64,000 nt of DNA, taken from the NCBI GenBank assembly GCA_016932785.1, contig JAFGCJ010000001.1:10909-74908 (forward strand), read 5' to 3'. Every line of letters begins with the position of its first letter. The stretch's first letter is position 1. This document shows, piece by piece, positions 38,601-47,544 of this stretch. The stretch is from Candidatus Dojkabacteria bacterium (lineage in GTDB: Bacteria; Patescibacteriota; Dojkabacteria; SC72; JAFGCJ01). A model generated the notes under the pieces. The model saw nothing but the letters and a program-made list of their open reading frames with translations. It did no database searches and was not told the DNA's origin. The translations under genes and the position numbers were made by a program.

Positions 38601-41600
38601 TTGGTCTACGCCATTGTCTTTTAATATGTCGACTTGTATCTGGTGATAGTCCTGCTGGACAGCCTCAATGTCTTGGAGTGCGTCCTCGAACTTTGGAACA
38701 CCAGCAAAAGTTTCGCCTCTAATTCTTCCAAGAAAGTCGCCTGTGGAGATAAGGTTTTGAACGACCTTGGAGACTGCACCAAAGATACCGCCTACAACGG
38801 CGCCTTTGAACATCTTGTTCAGCATCTCTGCTCTTCTTGCTTGAGCAACTGCCTCGGTAATTTCTGCATTAGCCGCTTGAGTAATTTCTGCAGTATCAAT
38901 GTTATTTGCCGAGATTATCTCAGGGATTACCTGGATCAAATGATTTATTGCTTCCATATTCTGGACAGCATTTCCTTCTGCGTTCGTAAAGCCGTTTTCG
39001 AGTTCGATGGCATTAAGTGCTCTGAATTCTGTTGTCCGTCTTAATACAATTAATTGTCTGTATGCAGTAAGCAGCTGTTGGTCGGTTAGGCCCTCAATAT
39101 TCTGGAGTGTCAGGTTTGGATTCTGGGCGAGATCGATATCTCGGACGGCATGGTAAACTGTTGCAAGATCTCCCATTCGCTGAGGTATCTGGAAAATATC
39201 GATGAGTCTGTTTCTAAGTCTATTTTTGAATGACAGAATGCCTCCAAGAAACTTTGAAACAACACAGTTTTCAGCCCATGTAACATGTTCACCCGGGTGG
39301 AACAAATGATGTACTTTTGAGTTGATAACTCCACCCAGCAGACCACCGGCTACTCCGGCTAAGGTTGCAACTAGTAATGCTCCGCCTCCTGTAGCAAGAA
39401 CTGTTCCGGCGGCCAAAGCCGCGATAGCTCCAGTAACAATTGTCTTGACTCCCCATGCTCCTGCAATGTTTGTTACAAATTCCACAACTCCTCTGGCAAA
39501 TTTCTTCCAGCCCTTGACTGGCTCTTTTTCTTCAACTTGTATTTGTTCACGTAGTCTTTGTGCGTTTTCTCTTGCTAGGGCTGCAGCTTCTTCTGCTTCA
39601 GCTTCGGGATTTTCGGCTGGTTCTCCTGGCTCTGGGACGGGAGCGCCTTCAACTAGGGCATCTATTTCGGCAAGTTCGGCCTCTCTTCGTACTAGTTCTG
39701 CTTGTGCCTGCTCTAGCCGTTCTATAACCCGCCCTAGCTCTTCGTATGCGGGAATGAGCTCTGCGGGTATGCCCCCGAGGTCTATTCTTGGGGGTTGTTG
39801 AGCTGCTGTGGTCGTGTCTTCTGCTCTGGGTTGTGTAGCAGTTCCGGGTTGAGTTCCGGCTCCGGTTCCCGCAGCCTGATGAGATCCTTCAGCCTCTCTT
39901 TGTGCAATAACTTCTGCCCAGTACTCATCAGTAACCTCTCCTATATCAACTCCCGCGGTTTCTAGCATATCTAGATTTTGGTCGGTAACTGCTATTATCC
40001 CTTCTACTAAAGCAATAACTTCCTCTTGATCTCTGATTGCTTCTTGAAGTTCGGTGTTTTCTGGATCATCCTGTAGTTTATCCTGAAGCTGCATGAGTTT
40101 AAGTTGTTCATCAACCAATTGGTTTGAAGCCTCTAAATTGGCTTTGACTGTCTCCTTGGCACTGTCTACTAATCCCTGTGCGACTTCAGGGACTGAGGCA
40201 GCTTCCTGCATTAGAATTTCTCTTTCATCTTCTGAAATGACGGCTTCGATAGCATCATTTAAAGCTCTTGCAATCTCATTAATTATTTCAGCCTCTTCAT
40301 CCGCAGTCTCCTCTTCAGCACGATGGCCTGCTTCAATAAAATGTCTTGCTGCAACCCTAAATGCGTCAAGATCTCCGTCTAATGATGTCGTAATGACAAC
40401 ATTGGTTTGAAGTACGACTTCCTTAAGAGCCTCTGATTTTGCAATCAGTTCTTGTGCTTCTGGGGAGAGGTCTTCAACTTGTACTGTGTGTTCGCGATCA
40501 GATGGAGGAGTACCGGTCTTGACCTCTTGTACCGGTTCTTCCTTAACTATGTCGCGCACTTGCTCCATGATCTGCCGTTGCTCATCTGTTAACGAGTCTT
40601 CGACGGCATTGTTGATCAGTGAATTGACTCTTCCAAATGCTTGTATATCTTCTTCGGTTTCTGCAGGTCTTAATTCCCGCATTTGGCGGAAATATGCAAA
40701 AGCCTGTTCCCTGAAACTTTCTAAATTCTCTTGATTAGTAAAAATGAGGCCATTTGCTATTCGAATGAGATTGTCTAGATCTTCTCTTCTTGCTAAGAAC
40801 TCTCTGTCTTCTGGTGAAAGATCACTGATGTCTATTCCTTCTTTGGGGGTAGTACCGGTTTCTGGTCCTGGTTTAGATTCATTATAAACCTCACTATATG
40901 CCCGTGTCATGATCTCTCTTTGCTCTCCTGTTTGAGTATCAGTAAGTGCTTGATCGATACTAGTAGTTGCAGTGAGTATGTCTCTGGGGCTTTGTCCTTG
41001 GGCCGGTACAGCCGACCTTAATGCCCGTAATTGCCGGAAATATTCATGTGCTGTTGTCTCAAAAGCTGATCTTTCCTCTGTCTCCGGTCCTAATTCTATT
41101 AGCAAATTAGCTATTCTTAGTAGTTCTTGAAGGTCTTCTCTTTCGCTGATGATTGTCCTTATGTTTTCAGGAAAATTATCGGGATCAATGGCTTCGGCTT
41201 CGTCCTCGTCCTCAGCTTCTGGGACAGGTAATCCACCGGCTTGTTCGATAAGGTCTTCCATTCGATAACGTGTGATGTACGATGGAATTTCCAAAAACTG
41301 TGGATATTCCTGGAAACATGCATATACTCTTTTAGATATAGCCCTAGCAAGAAGATCTTGTGGCCGGTCTTGGTTGGTTGCTCCTGTAACGATATTTGCG
41401 GGCTCGACTCCAGCTCTAATCTCCTCTATATAAATAGACTCAAGTGCTCTTTGGAATTCTTCTGCTGTTTCTGCCCGTTCAAGTTCTTCAACGAGAGGTT
41501 CAAATGTTTCGGTATACTGATCGGGTATGGGACGCGGTTCAGGTTCAGCGGGTTGTTCCGGTTCTTTGGCTTGTACTTCAGTCTGAGGCCCTTTCTCTTG

Positions 41601-42443
41601 CTGCTTCCGAAGAATAGCCGCTCGACCTTCTGGACTGTTGGTGCGAACAAATATCTCCTGATATATTTCAGGCAATGTAGCCACATATCTTTGCAATATA
41701 ACCCCTAGAGCTTCATTTAGTTGTGCCAGTAATTCTAGGTTAGGGCGTGTTCCAAGTATTCTTGTTTGCTCGAGGAATAAAGCCTCGAGTGCTTGTCTAA
41801 AGCCATCTGGAGTTCCAGTTTCTCTTATGGCCCGAATCAATGGTTCTATTTGGTCTTGAAATTCTTCAGGTATCTCTGGTGGTGGTGTGTAGGTTTCTGG
41901 TTCTAGAGTGCCCTGTACTTCGAAATCTGGTGGGGCTTCCCTAGATTGAGATTCTTCGGGAGGGGTTGGAGGAAGAGAGTCTTCATCCGGTGCTGCTCCT
42001 TGGATACCACCAACCGCGGGAGCTGGAAGCTCAGGCTGTCCTGTAGGTTCTACCGGTGTGCCAGCTTTTGTTGCAGCAACCTCCTGTGGTGCGGGCTGTG
42101 GAGCGGGAGGTTCTGCATCATTAGGAGGACTTGTTGGAGTTGGGTCGTACAAAGGACCTACTCCAGGTTTGGGACTACTATCTTCAGTATTGCCAGCGCC
42201 TTTCTCTCCGGGTCCTATTTCTGTATCAACTTTTGAATCTCCTTCTCCACCTTGTCCCCATTTTTCACCGACCTTTTCGAGTGTTGGTGCCTCGTTTCGA
42301 TAATATGCCTGTGCAGCATTTGCAATCTGTTCTTCTTGGCTACCTACGGGGTCAGGTGCATCTCCAGTACCTTGTCCGGTTCCTTCTGAAGTATCTAAAT
42401 CACCTTCTCCTGGTCCTCCTCTTGTTTCTGCTGACATTTTCAA
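35649..42443 (-). CDS. Giant acidic 2264-aa repeat protein with a central Gly/Ala-rich hydrophobic region
   Basis: Uninterrupted ORF; three families of internal repeats, coiled coils, hydrophobic GxxxG-rich segment, Pro/Thr/Ala linkers. Confidence 0.88.
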   Translation of the reverse strand: MKMSAETRGGPGEGDLDTSEGTGQGTGDAPDPVGSQEEQIANAAQAYYRNEAPTLEKVGEKWGQGGEGDSKVDTEIGPGEKGAGNTEDSSPKPGVGPLYDPTPTSPPNDAEPPAPQPAPQEVAATKAGTPVEPTGQPELPAPAVGGIQGAAPDEDSLPPTPPEESQSREAPPDFEVQGTLEPETYTPPPEIPEEFQDQIEPLIRAIRETGTPDGFRQALEALFLEQTRILGTRPNLELLAQLNEALGVILQRYVATLPEIYQEIFVRTNSPEGRAAILRKQQEKGPQTEVQAKEPEQPAEPEPRPIPDQYTETFEPLVEELERAETAEEFQRALESIYIEEIRAGVEPANIVTGATNQDRPQDLLARAISKRVYACFQEYPQFLEIPSYITRYRMEDLIEQAGGLPVPEAEDEDEAEAIDPDNFPENIRTIISEREDLQELLRIANLLIELGPETEERSAFETTAHEYFRQLRALRSAVPAQGQSPRDILTATTSIDQALTDTQTGEQREIMTRAYSEVYNESKPGPETGTTPKEGIDISDLSPEDREFLARREDLDNLIRIANGLIFTNQENLESFREQAFAYFRQMRELRPAETEEDIQAFGRVNSLINNAVEDSLTDEQRQIMEQVRDIVKEEPVQEVKTGTPPSDREHTVQVEDLSPEAQELIAKSEALKEVVLQTNVVITTSLDGDLDAFRVAARHFIEAGHRAEEETADEEAEIINEIARALNDAIEAVISEDEREILMQEAASVPEVAQGLVDSAKETVKANLEASNQLVDEQLKLMQLQDKLQDDPENTELQEAIRDQEEVIALVEGIIAVTDQNLDMLETAGVDIGEVTDEYWAEVIAQREAEGSHQAAGTGAGTQPGTATQPRAEDTTTAAQQPPRIDLGGIPAELIPAYEELGRVIERLEQAQAELVRREAELAEIDALVEGAPVPEPGEPAENPEAEAEEAAALARENAQRLREQIQVEEKEPVKGWKKFARGVVEFVTNIAGAWGVKTIVTGAIAALAAGTVLATGGGALLVATLAGVAGGLLGGVINSKVHHLFHPGEHVTWAENCVVSKFLGGILSFKNRLRNRLIDIFQIPQRMGDLATVYHAVRDIDLAQNPNLTLQNIEGLTDQQLLTAYRQLIVLRRTTEFRALNAIELENGFTNAEGNAVQNMEAINHLIQVIPEIISANNIDTAEITQAANAEITEAVAQARRAEMLNKMFKGAVVGGIFGAVSKVVQNLISTGDFLGRIRGETFAGVPKFEDALQDIEAVQQDYHQIQVDILKDNGVDQRVINRIFETIDDGDGVLRGEELAKVQALLGDDVIKTVTERTGEVVKVPSTGFSSYDELHLDNWDNPDLMKELDWGYGGKIHGLNVGTGEPGQFGGGMAIEDTFEKLHDAGVTLESLNQADGDGARAFNAILTGQMSVEDAIANPAFDLEVAGEVTKTAGTMTVEAFNNTMFGLAQEGYNCSTELDALAQAMAEAQREAALIAAQRSFLLASSQGSGNFYAALMRTGNNIVKGAFAATAAVAGQAVYAPDDTKDGDGRTQGRVGTRARAVARAARGDFDQQVRGQAEEREGEARPGIGQRAREAAREAGTRVRNAGRALAGRAVVEETAEPGAPVVPVIPLGAVGNATMARVATHAGQRATRFTEGEGDDEQTGFGFRTRRQAARFAQRLVEAGIVELDNPETLVQDSGNPAEGLDRAARREHNDRRYRVMFRRGEATVEPEEPAEPAPPAEPAAPRPQAGGTRTRRPGATAEMTQDLRDRIANLQTQIDEGREQAGRATAQLREQAARAARARTTGAGTVPVGETMRRVGRQPLTTAPVRPTTGTREPAGTEPATRPPARPAAPVPTATTTPQPTTTAAARETAQREAPTAQRPEHPLEAQIRASLREFNEKQTRWPDRGYTIGRDRRTSEGEIVGFRSAEAAQAFETYLREKGVIEEGAQTRVEDMGEPDKREVPDPATREKTRQRRYRLVVEEVATAEEPGTETAERELPNPNLPRIVVTENKEWRERFTKGDIRETIESYNGNIARGNYNGENLAGGGFQTREDAVRFAQHLVDTGAAEGEPSDWVNDLGPNVGDERVRYQVLYMKVISGERPTRPVVSEVTKREIPEYREEKQPKAEAEEKQEIPEDLFPEGEALLKAIENAETEEEAEAAYTAFYREYIPLSKRLDYNDADTLNAITELRLEFVHEKHPEFRKIGIRVYREVDTEFRTTFNGSPLDADENRSEAQAAPEEPPAEPSEPEAPPEEASPFDVAPEATQAV

Positions 42444-42456
42444 ATTTTGTTAAATT

Positions 42457-42945
42457 TTAGGTTGTTACGTATTCACCTACAAGATTCCATTTTTCTTCGT
42501 CTATGTTTTGTAGGGTTTTGGTGCAATTTGAAATCCTGCTCTGATAGTCTTTCATCTGGTCGACGTTCCTGGCCTCCTTCATCAGTCTCATGTATTTCAG
42601 CCTTTTTGCTTCGTACTGTTCTTTTACCACGCGAGCCTTTACCTCGCGGTTTGCGTCAACAAATAAATCTTCGGCATTTGGCAGGGCCTCCCCTATTTCC
42701 TCAAGGAGTGCTTCAACGTTTTTGGTATTCGTAGGCGGATATTTTTCCATTAAATCTTCGAGCTGTTTTGGTTTGAGGCTTCTACCGACTTTCTCCTGCA
42801 GATAATATTCAAGTACCAACTTTTCGAGAAGTTCCATGTACTCGTCTTTTTCTTTCTGGTCGACTGCCGACATTCCGAGAAGTTTAAACAGGTCATACGC
42901 GAGAATTGATGAATCATCACTTTTGGAGAACTTGTAAAGCTGCAT
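42457..42945 (-). CDS. DUF5663-like small helical protein
   Basis: LFKLLGMSAVDQKEKDEYMELLEKLVL...L...LPNAEDLF pattern resembles the CPR DUF5663 family, recognised by eye. Confidence 0.6.
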   Translation of the reverse strand: MQLYKFSKSDDSSILAYDLFKLLGMSAVDQKEKDEYMELLEKLVLEYYLQEKVGRSLKPKQLEDLMEKYPPTNTKNVEALLEEIGEALPNAEDLFVDANREVKARVVKEQYEAKRLKYMRLMKEARNVDQMKDYQSRISNCTKTLQNIDEEKWNLVGEYVTT

Positions 42946-43083
42946 TTTTATATCAGTCGATAAATTATCACAGCACCCGCAATTATATCGCTATAGGCCT
43001 TTGTTTGCAATGCTGTTACATTATAAAGTAAACCTTTTTGTTACATTTATGTCAAGAAGTTATCCACATTATTAAAAAAACTT

Positions 43084-43112
43084 GGTGTCAGGCATAGCCT
43101 ATGCCTGACACC
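43084..43112. repeat. Perfect 14-bp inverted repeat between divergent genes
   Basis: GGTGTCAGGCATAG-C-CTATGCCTGACACC. Confidence 0.9.
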
Positions 43113-43152
43113 GGAGGTGATTTTTCGCGTCAAATAGTGTTATTATAAAATA

Positions 43153-43842
43153 ATGAAGAATATTCTTAATGAAAAACCGACTGATCCCCTGCATGCGAGA
43201 TACCTACATGCTTCCAGGTTTATTAAGAAATCTGACGTCAAAAATAAGAATATTCTGGACATCGGATGCGGGTTTGGCTGGTTTGAGGCTGAAGCCGATA
43301 GACGTGGAGCTTCAAAGATTTCGTCAATAGAGGTGACGGAGAAAGATCTTGAAACGGCGAGGAAATATCTTACTGATCACAAATTTCGGTTGCAAGCTGG
43401 TAGTGCGCTCGATCTTCCCTATTCGAATGAAGAATTTGATACTGTTGTTGCGTGGGAGGTTTTGGAGCACTTGCCGAGGGGAACTGAACAAAAAATGTTT
43501 ACTGAGGTTAACCGCGTACTTAAAGGAAAAAGTGTTTTTTACCTCTCGACTCCGAGATTGAGTCTTTTTAGCAATATTCTCGACCCGGCCTGGTGGCTGA
43601 TTGGCCATAGGCACTATTCTGTCGATTTCATTAAATCAATGGCAGAAATGACAGGCTTTAAGGTTGATGAACTCAGAATTATCGGTGGCTGGGGTACTAT
43701 TCTCTGGTCACTGGATATGTATTTTTCCAAGTGGGTGCTTAGAAGAAGGCCTATTTTCAGCAAGAAAGTTTACGAGTGGACAGATAGCGAATTTGAAAAA
43801 GATGGTTTTATGACAATTTATGCTAGACTAATTAAGAAGTAA
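43153..43842 (+). CDS. Class I SAM-dependent methyltransferase
   Basis: ILDIGCGFG, LPYSNEEFDTVVAWEVLEHL, VNRVLK...YLSTP. Confidence 0.93.
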   Translation: MKNILNEKPTDPLHARYLHASRFIKKSDVKNKNILDIGCGFGWFEAEADRRGASKISSIEVTEKDLETARKYLTDHKFRLQAGSALDLPYSNEEFDTVVAWEVLEHLPRGTEQKMFTEVNRVLKGKSVFYLSTPRLSLFSNILDPAWWLIGHRHYSVDFIKSMAEMTGFKVDELRIIGGWGTILWSLDMYFSKWVLRRRPIFSKKVYEWTDSEFEKDGFMTIYARLIKK

Positions 43843-43863
43843 TTAAGTAATCATTAAATCACG

Positions 43864-46800
43864 GTGAGTAAAAAGCCCGCTTTCATAACATTTCTAAAGA
43901 ATAACTGGCAAAAGATTTTTCTTTTGCTAATTCTGCTTGCCGCCATTGGATTGAATATAAATTGGGGTAAATTTTGTATTTCCAATGACAATTATTCTCC
44001 TGAACTGGAGCCTTCAGTTACCATTGGCAGGAGCCTGATTTCGCCGGCATGGAGGGGTTATAGGGCTCTTGGCGTTCCGTCGGACAGCGAGCAGTCCGAT
44101 TTATTCAGGTCAGGCATGTACTATGCCTGGCATATACTCCTTCCAAAGTGGGCCTTGGGTCAGCTATATGCGTTTTTCTGTCTTGCCCTCGGGGCACTCT
44201 TTTTCGGCAAATTGGCTGAAAAAATAACTAAAGACTATGGAGACGAGAAAATCGCCAAGCATGTTTATCTACTGGCTGGGGTGGTTTATCTGACTACGCT
44301 GTGGACGGCGTGGGTTTATAGCTATGACATAATGGTTTATATTACCCAATTTGGGTTTCTTCCATTTCTGCTTCTTGCGTGTTACAACTTCATTAAAAAA
44401 TCGGATGTCGTTAATGCGCTTGTTCTTATGCTGGCAGGTTTTCTTATTAGCGCTTCGAGCCTTATTGCGACTGTTTTCATCGTTCAGTTAGGAGTTGTCT
44501 GTATATTCGCGCTTTTCTGGTCGTTTGTGTCAACTCGCAAGATTTATCTTTTTGTCACTAAGGCTTTTCTTACTATCATTGTATTCGTTTCTACACAGCT
44601 TTTCTGGCTTGTTCCGTTTTTCCATTATGTGAGTTCAACCCAGTCCGATGTTGTCGAGTCGTATACAAATCGCTCTATAACAGCATCAACAATTGAGCTT
44701 GAGAAGGCCTCTATGGACGGGTGGGACTCGGCGCGACTTTATACCAGACTTCTTGAGGTTCCTGATTCGAACTATGGGGATGAGAAGATGTTTGCTCCCT
44801 CAGATGATTATAGGGAAATAGAGTTTCTTAATGTAATTAGTTATTTGCCCTTATTTTTTTCAGTTGTGGGGTTAATATTTGTCTTATTTAAGAAGAAATT
44901 TGGCCTGTTGTTCTTTTGGGTATTGGCAATTGCGGCTTGGTTCTTGATTAAGAATCTGAATCCGCCATTTGGTGAGTTTTATGCATGGCTTCAGGATAAT
45001 TTTGCAATATTCAGGCAGATTTTCCGGTGGCCTACATCGAAGTTTGGAGGTATTTATCTAATCGGTTTTGCCTTCACAGCAAGTATCGGAGCTGCATATT
45101 TATTTGAATTTATGTCATCGTTTTTCAAGAAAGGAGCAAATTTAATCTTCAGCGTACTTGTGGCGATAACAATTGGGCTTCAACTGGTTTTCGGGGCATT
45201 TGTGTTTGACGGAAATCTGGTACCAGATAGGGCTTGGGCAGATATTCCTGAATCCTACTATGAACTTCGTGATTATCTTGTTGCAAATAATCCGGACAAA
45301 AGACTCTACATAATGCCTCCGTCTAACACTGGTTACTTCAGGGAATATGACTGGAACTTTATTGGGTCAGGGTTTTTGCATTATATAGTTCCAAATCCAA
45401 TAGCTGATTTGGCCATGGCTCTTGGTTCTGATGAAAGTGAAAAAGCCATGGATGAGCTGACTCTGGATTATTTTGCCGATCCTGTGGACTTTCGCACGAG
45501 GCTTGAGAACTATGATGTCGGTTACGTATTAGTAGATCGAAGTTTGATAAAAGGCCGATATGGCTATGAAATCGATTGGGATCTTGTAGAACCGGCTTTG
45601 GGCTCAATGACGAAGGTCTGGGCTTCTGGTGATTTAGAGCTCTACGAAGTGCCTCAGAGCTCCAAAGAAAGGATGTACACGGAGCTGCATCCCGGTCACG
45701 ATATGTATCTTAGCGACAAGGACTATTATGTTAAAGCAGAGCCTGAATATGGGGCGATCTATCCTGCCTTGGTTGATCTTAGCGGATTGGAGCCGGAGGG
45801 CGGTTTGCTAAGGGGATCCTTTATGTATGAAGGCAAAGATGCAGTGATGTCGGATAATCTTGATAGAATGGATATTTCTCAGCTTCCGACCAGGGTTTAT
45901 GTTGATGAGTCGAGAGTTGTGGTTGAGCCTTCTCTTCCCAGTATTGGTGGTGTGAGTTCTATAGTGCCCTATATGGAGTATCCTTTAAGCAACAAGTACG
46001 AAAATCTTGTCGTTGGAGATCAGGTAATTGCCATTTCTAGTATTATCGGAGATGAAATTTCTGTTGATACTTCGTATGGAGATATTAGTGCTGTTTACGG
46101 TCTGAAGGATGCCGATTTTACAGGGAAAGATTATCGGAGAAATCTTAAGGATGCAGATCCTGTCGACTGTTCTGGTGAAGATCTGAAAGATATTGCTGAG
46201 GTTGAGTTCGAGGATTATGAACTGACACTCACTGCCCATGACGGAATCGGGTGTGTGGCAGCACAGCTTCCTAAAAAAACTGGCACATCTGTTGCGAAAG
46301 TTCAGATAGGTTGGAGTGCAGATGAGGGTACTCTTGTAGGATTTTGTTTGTGGTCGGAGAAGCGTGAGACATGCCTAAATAACGACAAGTTTCTCTACTC
46401 CAATGAAGGAGAGAACTATGTTGAAATGATTCTTCCGTCTGTTGTTGATCCTAACGAGGCGATGTCTGTAATTCTTTATGTTTTTGCAAAAGACAGTAAT
46501 ACGCATAGTGCGGTATTTGACCGGGTTGAGGTACTACAAAATGAAAAACTTGATGCATTACTGTTGTTGGATAAAAGTAATGCTTTTGGATCGGTGAGTC
46601 TCTATGTTGAGAATGGGCAAAATATTGATGTTGAGATACCGGTTGTCCGTGGGAGGTCGTCATACAGACTAGGATCAGTGGATGGTTTTATCTGGGAACC
46701 CGTCTATGAGTCTGGTGATGAGGAATTGAATTTAACTGGATGCGAATACTGGTCTGATCCGCTTGGTATGCACCAGAAAACGTATGAGTGCAGTTTAACC

Positions 46801-47544
46801 CAATGGTCATCTATCTACCGTAATCCTATAAATCAAAACATGATGTGGTATTGGTATGGTGAAAACGATGTAGCGGTCCCTGCTTATTTAAATCTCTCGT
46901 ATGATAATGATGAGAGAAAATGGGTTGAAGAAGTGTTTGCTGACGGTGAGCTGGTGGGCGACAGATTGTTTTTCAAGACGAATCGCAAAGCCAAAAATCT
47001 TAGTTCAACAATGGAAACCACGGGTTTTGATACTCTGACTGAGAATATTCTCAAGGATATGGTGGTGCAGTCTGTACCGGATGGATGGGTTGATTATGTA
47101 TTTTCTGTAGACGGCACTAGCGAATATGGCGAGTGTGAGGCTGAGTCAATATCTGATTCCCCCTACTCTGCTGTGTACGCAGCTAAGGATGTCGATCCAG
47201 CCAAAGTTTTAAGTATTCCTCAGGCAACATCTGAGGGCTGGACGGCTTATGCTGTTGAGAATGCTGACGTAATGAGGTGGCTTCCGGAGCAGATAAGAAG
47301 CTTTGTTTTTGTTGTTATTGGCAGCAAACTTCCGGACTCTTCGGATGTTACTCTTAGGGGTTGGAAACAGGGCTGGATTGTCCCCTCCTCTGAGATAGAG
47401 AATGGGAATAAGGATGTTGTTGTGATTTATAAACCGAATCTTTATGCCTACGCAGGAGGTCTGACTTCTCTAGTGGTTCTGGTTGGACTGTGTGTTGCTA
47501 TTTATATTTATAAAAAGAAAACTGTTGGAAAATCAGCAAAGTAA
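43864..47544 (+). CDS. Large polytopic membrane protein, GT-C-like (AftD/YfhO-like) with big extracellular domain
   Basis: About 12 N-terminal TM helices, FWLVPF, IFRWPTSKF, IPESYY, VGYVLVD; C-terminal GWKQGW plus TM helix; sits among glycosylation genes. Confidence 0.7.
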   Translation: MSKKPAFITFLKNNWQKIFLLLILLAAIGLNINWGKFCISNDNYSPELEPSVTIGRSLISPAWRGYRALGVPSDSEQSDLFRSGMYYAWHILLPKWALGQLYAFFCLALGALFFGKLAEKITKDYGDEKIAKHVYLLAGVVYLTTLWTAWVYSYDIMVYITQFGFLPFLLLACYNFIKKSDVVNALVLMLAGFLISASSLIATVFIVQLGVVCIFALFWSFVSTRKIYLFVTKAFLTIIVFVSTQLFWLVPFFHYVSSTQSDVVESYTNRSITASTIELEKASMDGWDSARLYTRLLEVPDSNYGDEKMFAPSDDYREIEFLNVISYLPLFFSVVGLIFVLFKKKFGLLFFWVLAIAAWFLIKNLNPPFGEFYAWLQDNFAIFRQIFRWPTSKFGGIYLIGFAFTASIGAAYLFEFMSSFFKKGANLIFSVLVAITIGLQLVFGAFVFDGNLVPDRAWADIPESYYELRDYLVANNPDKRLYIMPPSNTGYFREYDWNFIGSGFLHYIVPNPIADLAMALGSDESEKAMDELTLDYFADPVDFRTRLENYDVGYVLVDRSLIKGRYGYEIDWDLVEPALGSMTKVWASGDLELYEVPQSSKERMYTELHPGHDMYLSDKDYYVKAEPEYGAIYPALVDLSGLEPEGGLLRGSFMYEGKDAVMSDNLDRMDISQLPTRVYVDESRVVVEPSLPSIGGVSSIVPYMEYPLSNKYENLVVGDQVIAISSIIGDEISVDTSYGDISAVYGLKDADFTGKDYRRNLKDADPVDCSGEDLKDIAEVEFEDYELTLTAHDGIGCVAAQLPKKTGTSVAKVQIGWSADEGTLVGFCLWSEKRETCLNNDKFLYSNEGENYVEMILPSVVDPNEAMSVILYVFAKDSNTHSAVFDRVEVLQNEKLDALLLLDKSNAFGSVSLYVENGQNIDVEIPVVRGRSSYRLGSVDGFIWEPVYESGDEELNLTGCEYWSDPLGMHQKTYECSLTQWSSIYRNPINQNMMWYWYGENDVAVPAYLNLSYDNDERKWVEEVFADGELVGDRLFFKTNRKAKNLSSTMETTGFDTLTENILKDMVVQSVPDGWVDYVFSVDGTSEYGECEAESISDSPYSAVYAAKDVDPAKVLSIPQATSEGWTAYAVENADVMRWLPEQIRSFVFVVIGSKLPDSSDVTLRGWKQGWIVPSSEIENGNKDVVVIYKPNLYAYAGGLTSLVVLVGLCVAIYIYKKKTVGKSAK

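Noticed and set aside
35649..42443. Phage tape-measure protein call for the giant ORF
   Set aside because: No tail, capsid or terminase genes nearby; acidic Pro-rich linkers and SPOR-like repeats do not fit.
34065..42460. Numerous + strand ORFs antisense to the PP2C-FHA and giant genes (similarly antisense to gyrA, gyrB and dnaB)
   Set aside because: Shadow frames rich in Ser/Pro/Cys, expected from codon bias of the real genes.
27055..42945. Prophage or ICE driven by the tyrosine recombinase
   Set aside because: No phage structural, replication or relaxase genes and no att repeats found; the region includes greA and a nadD-like gene.
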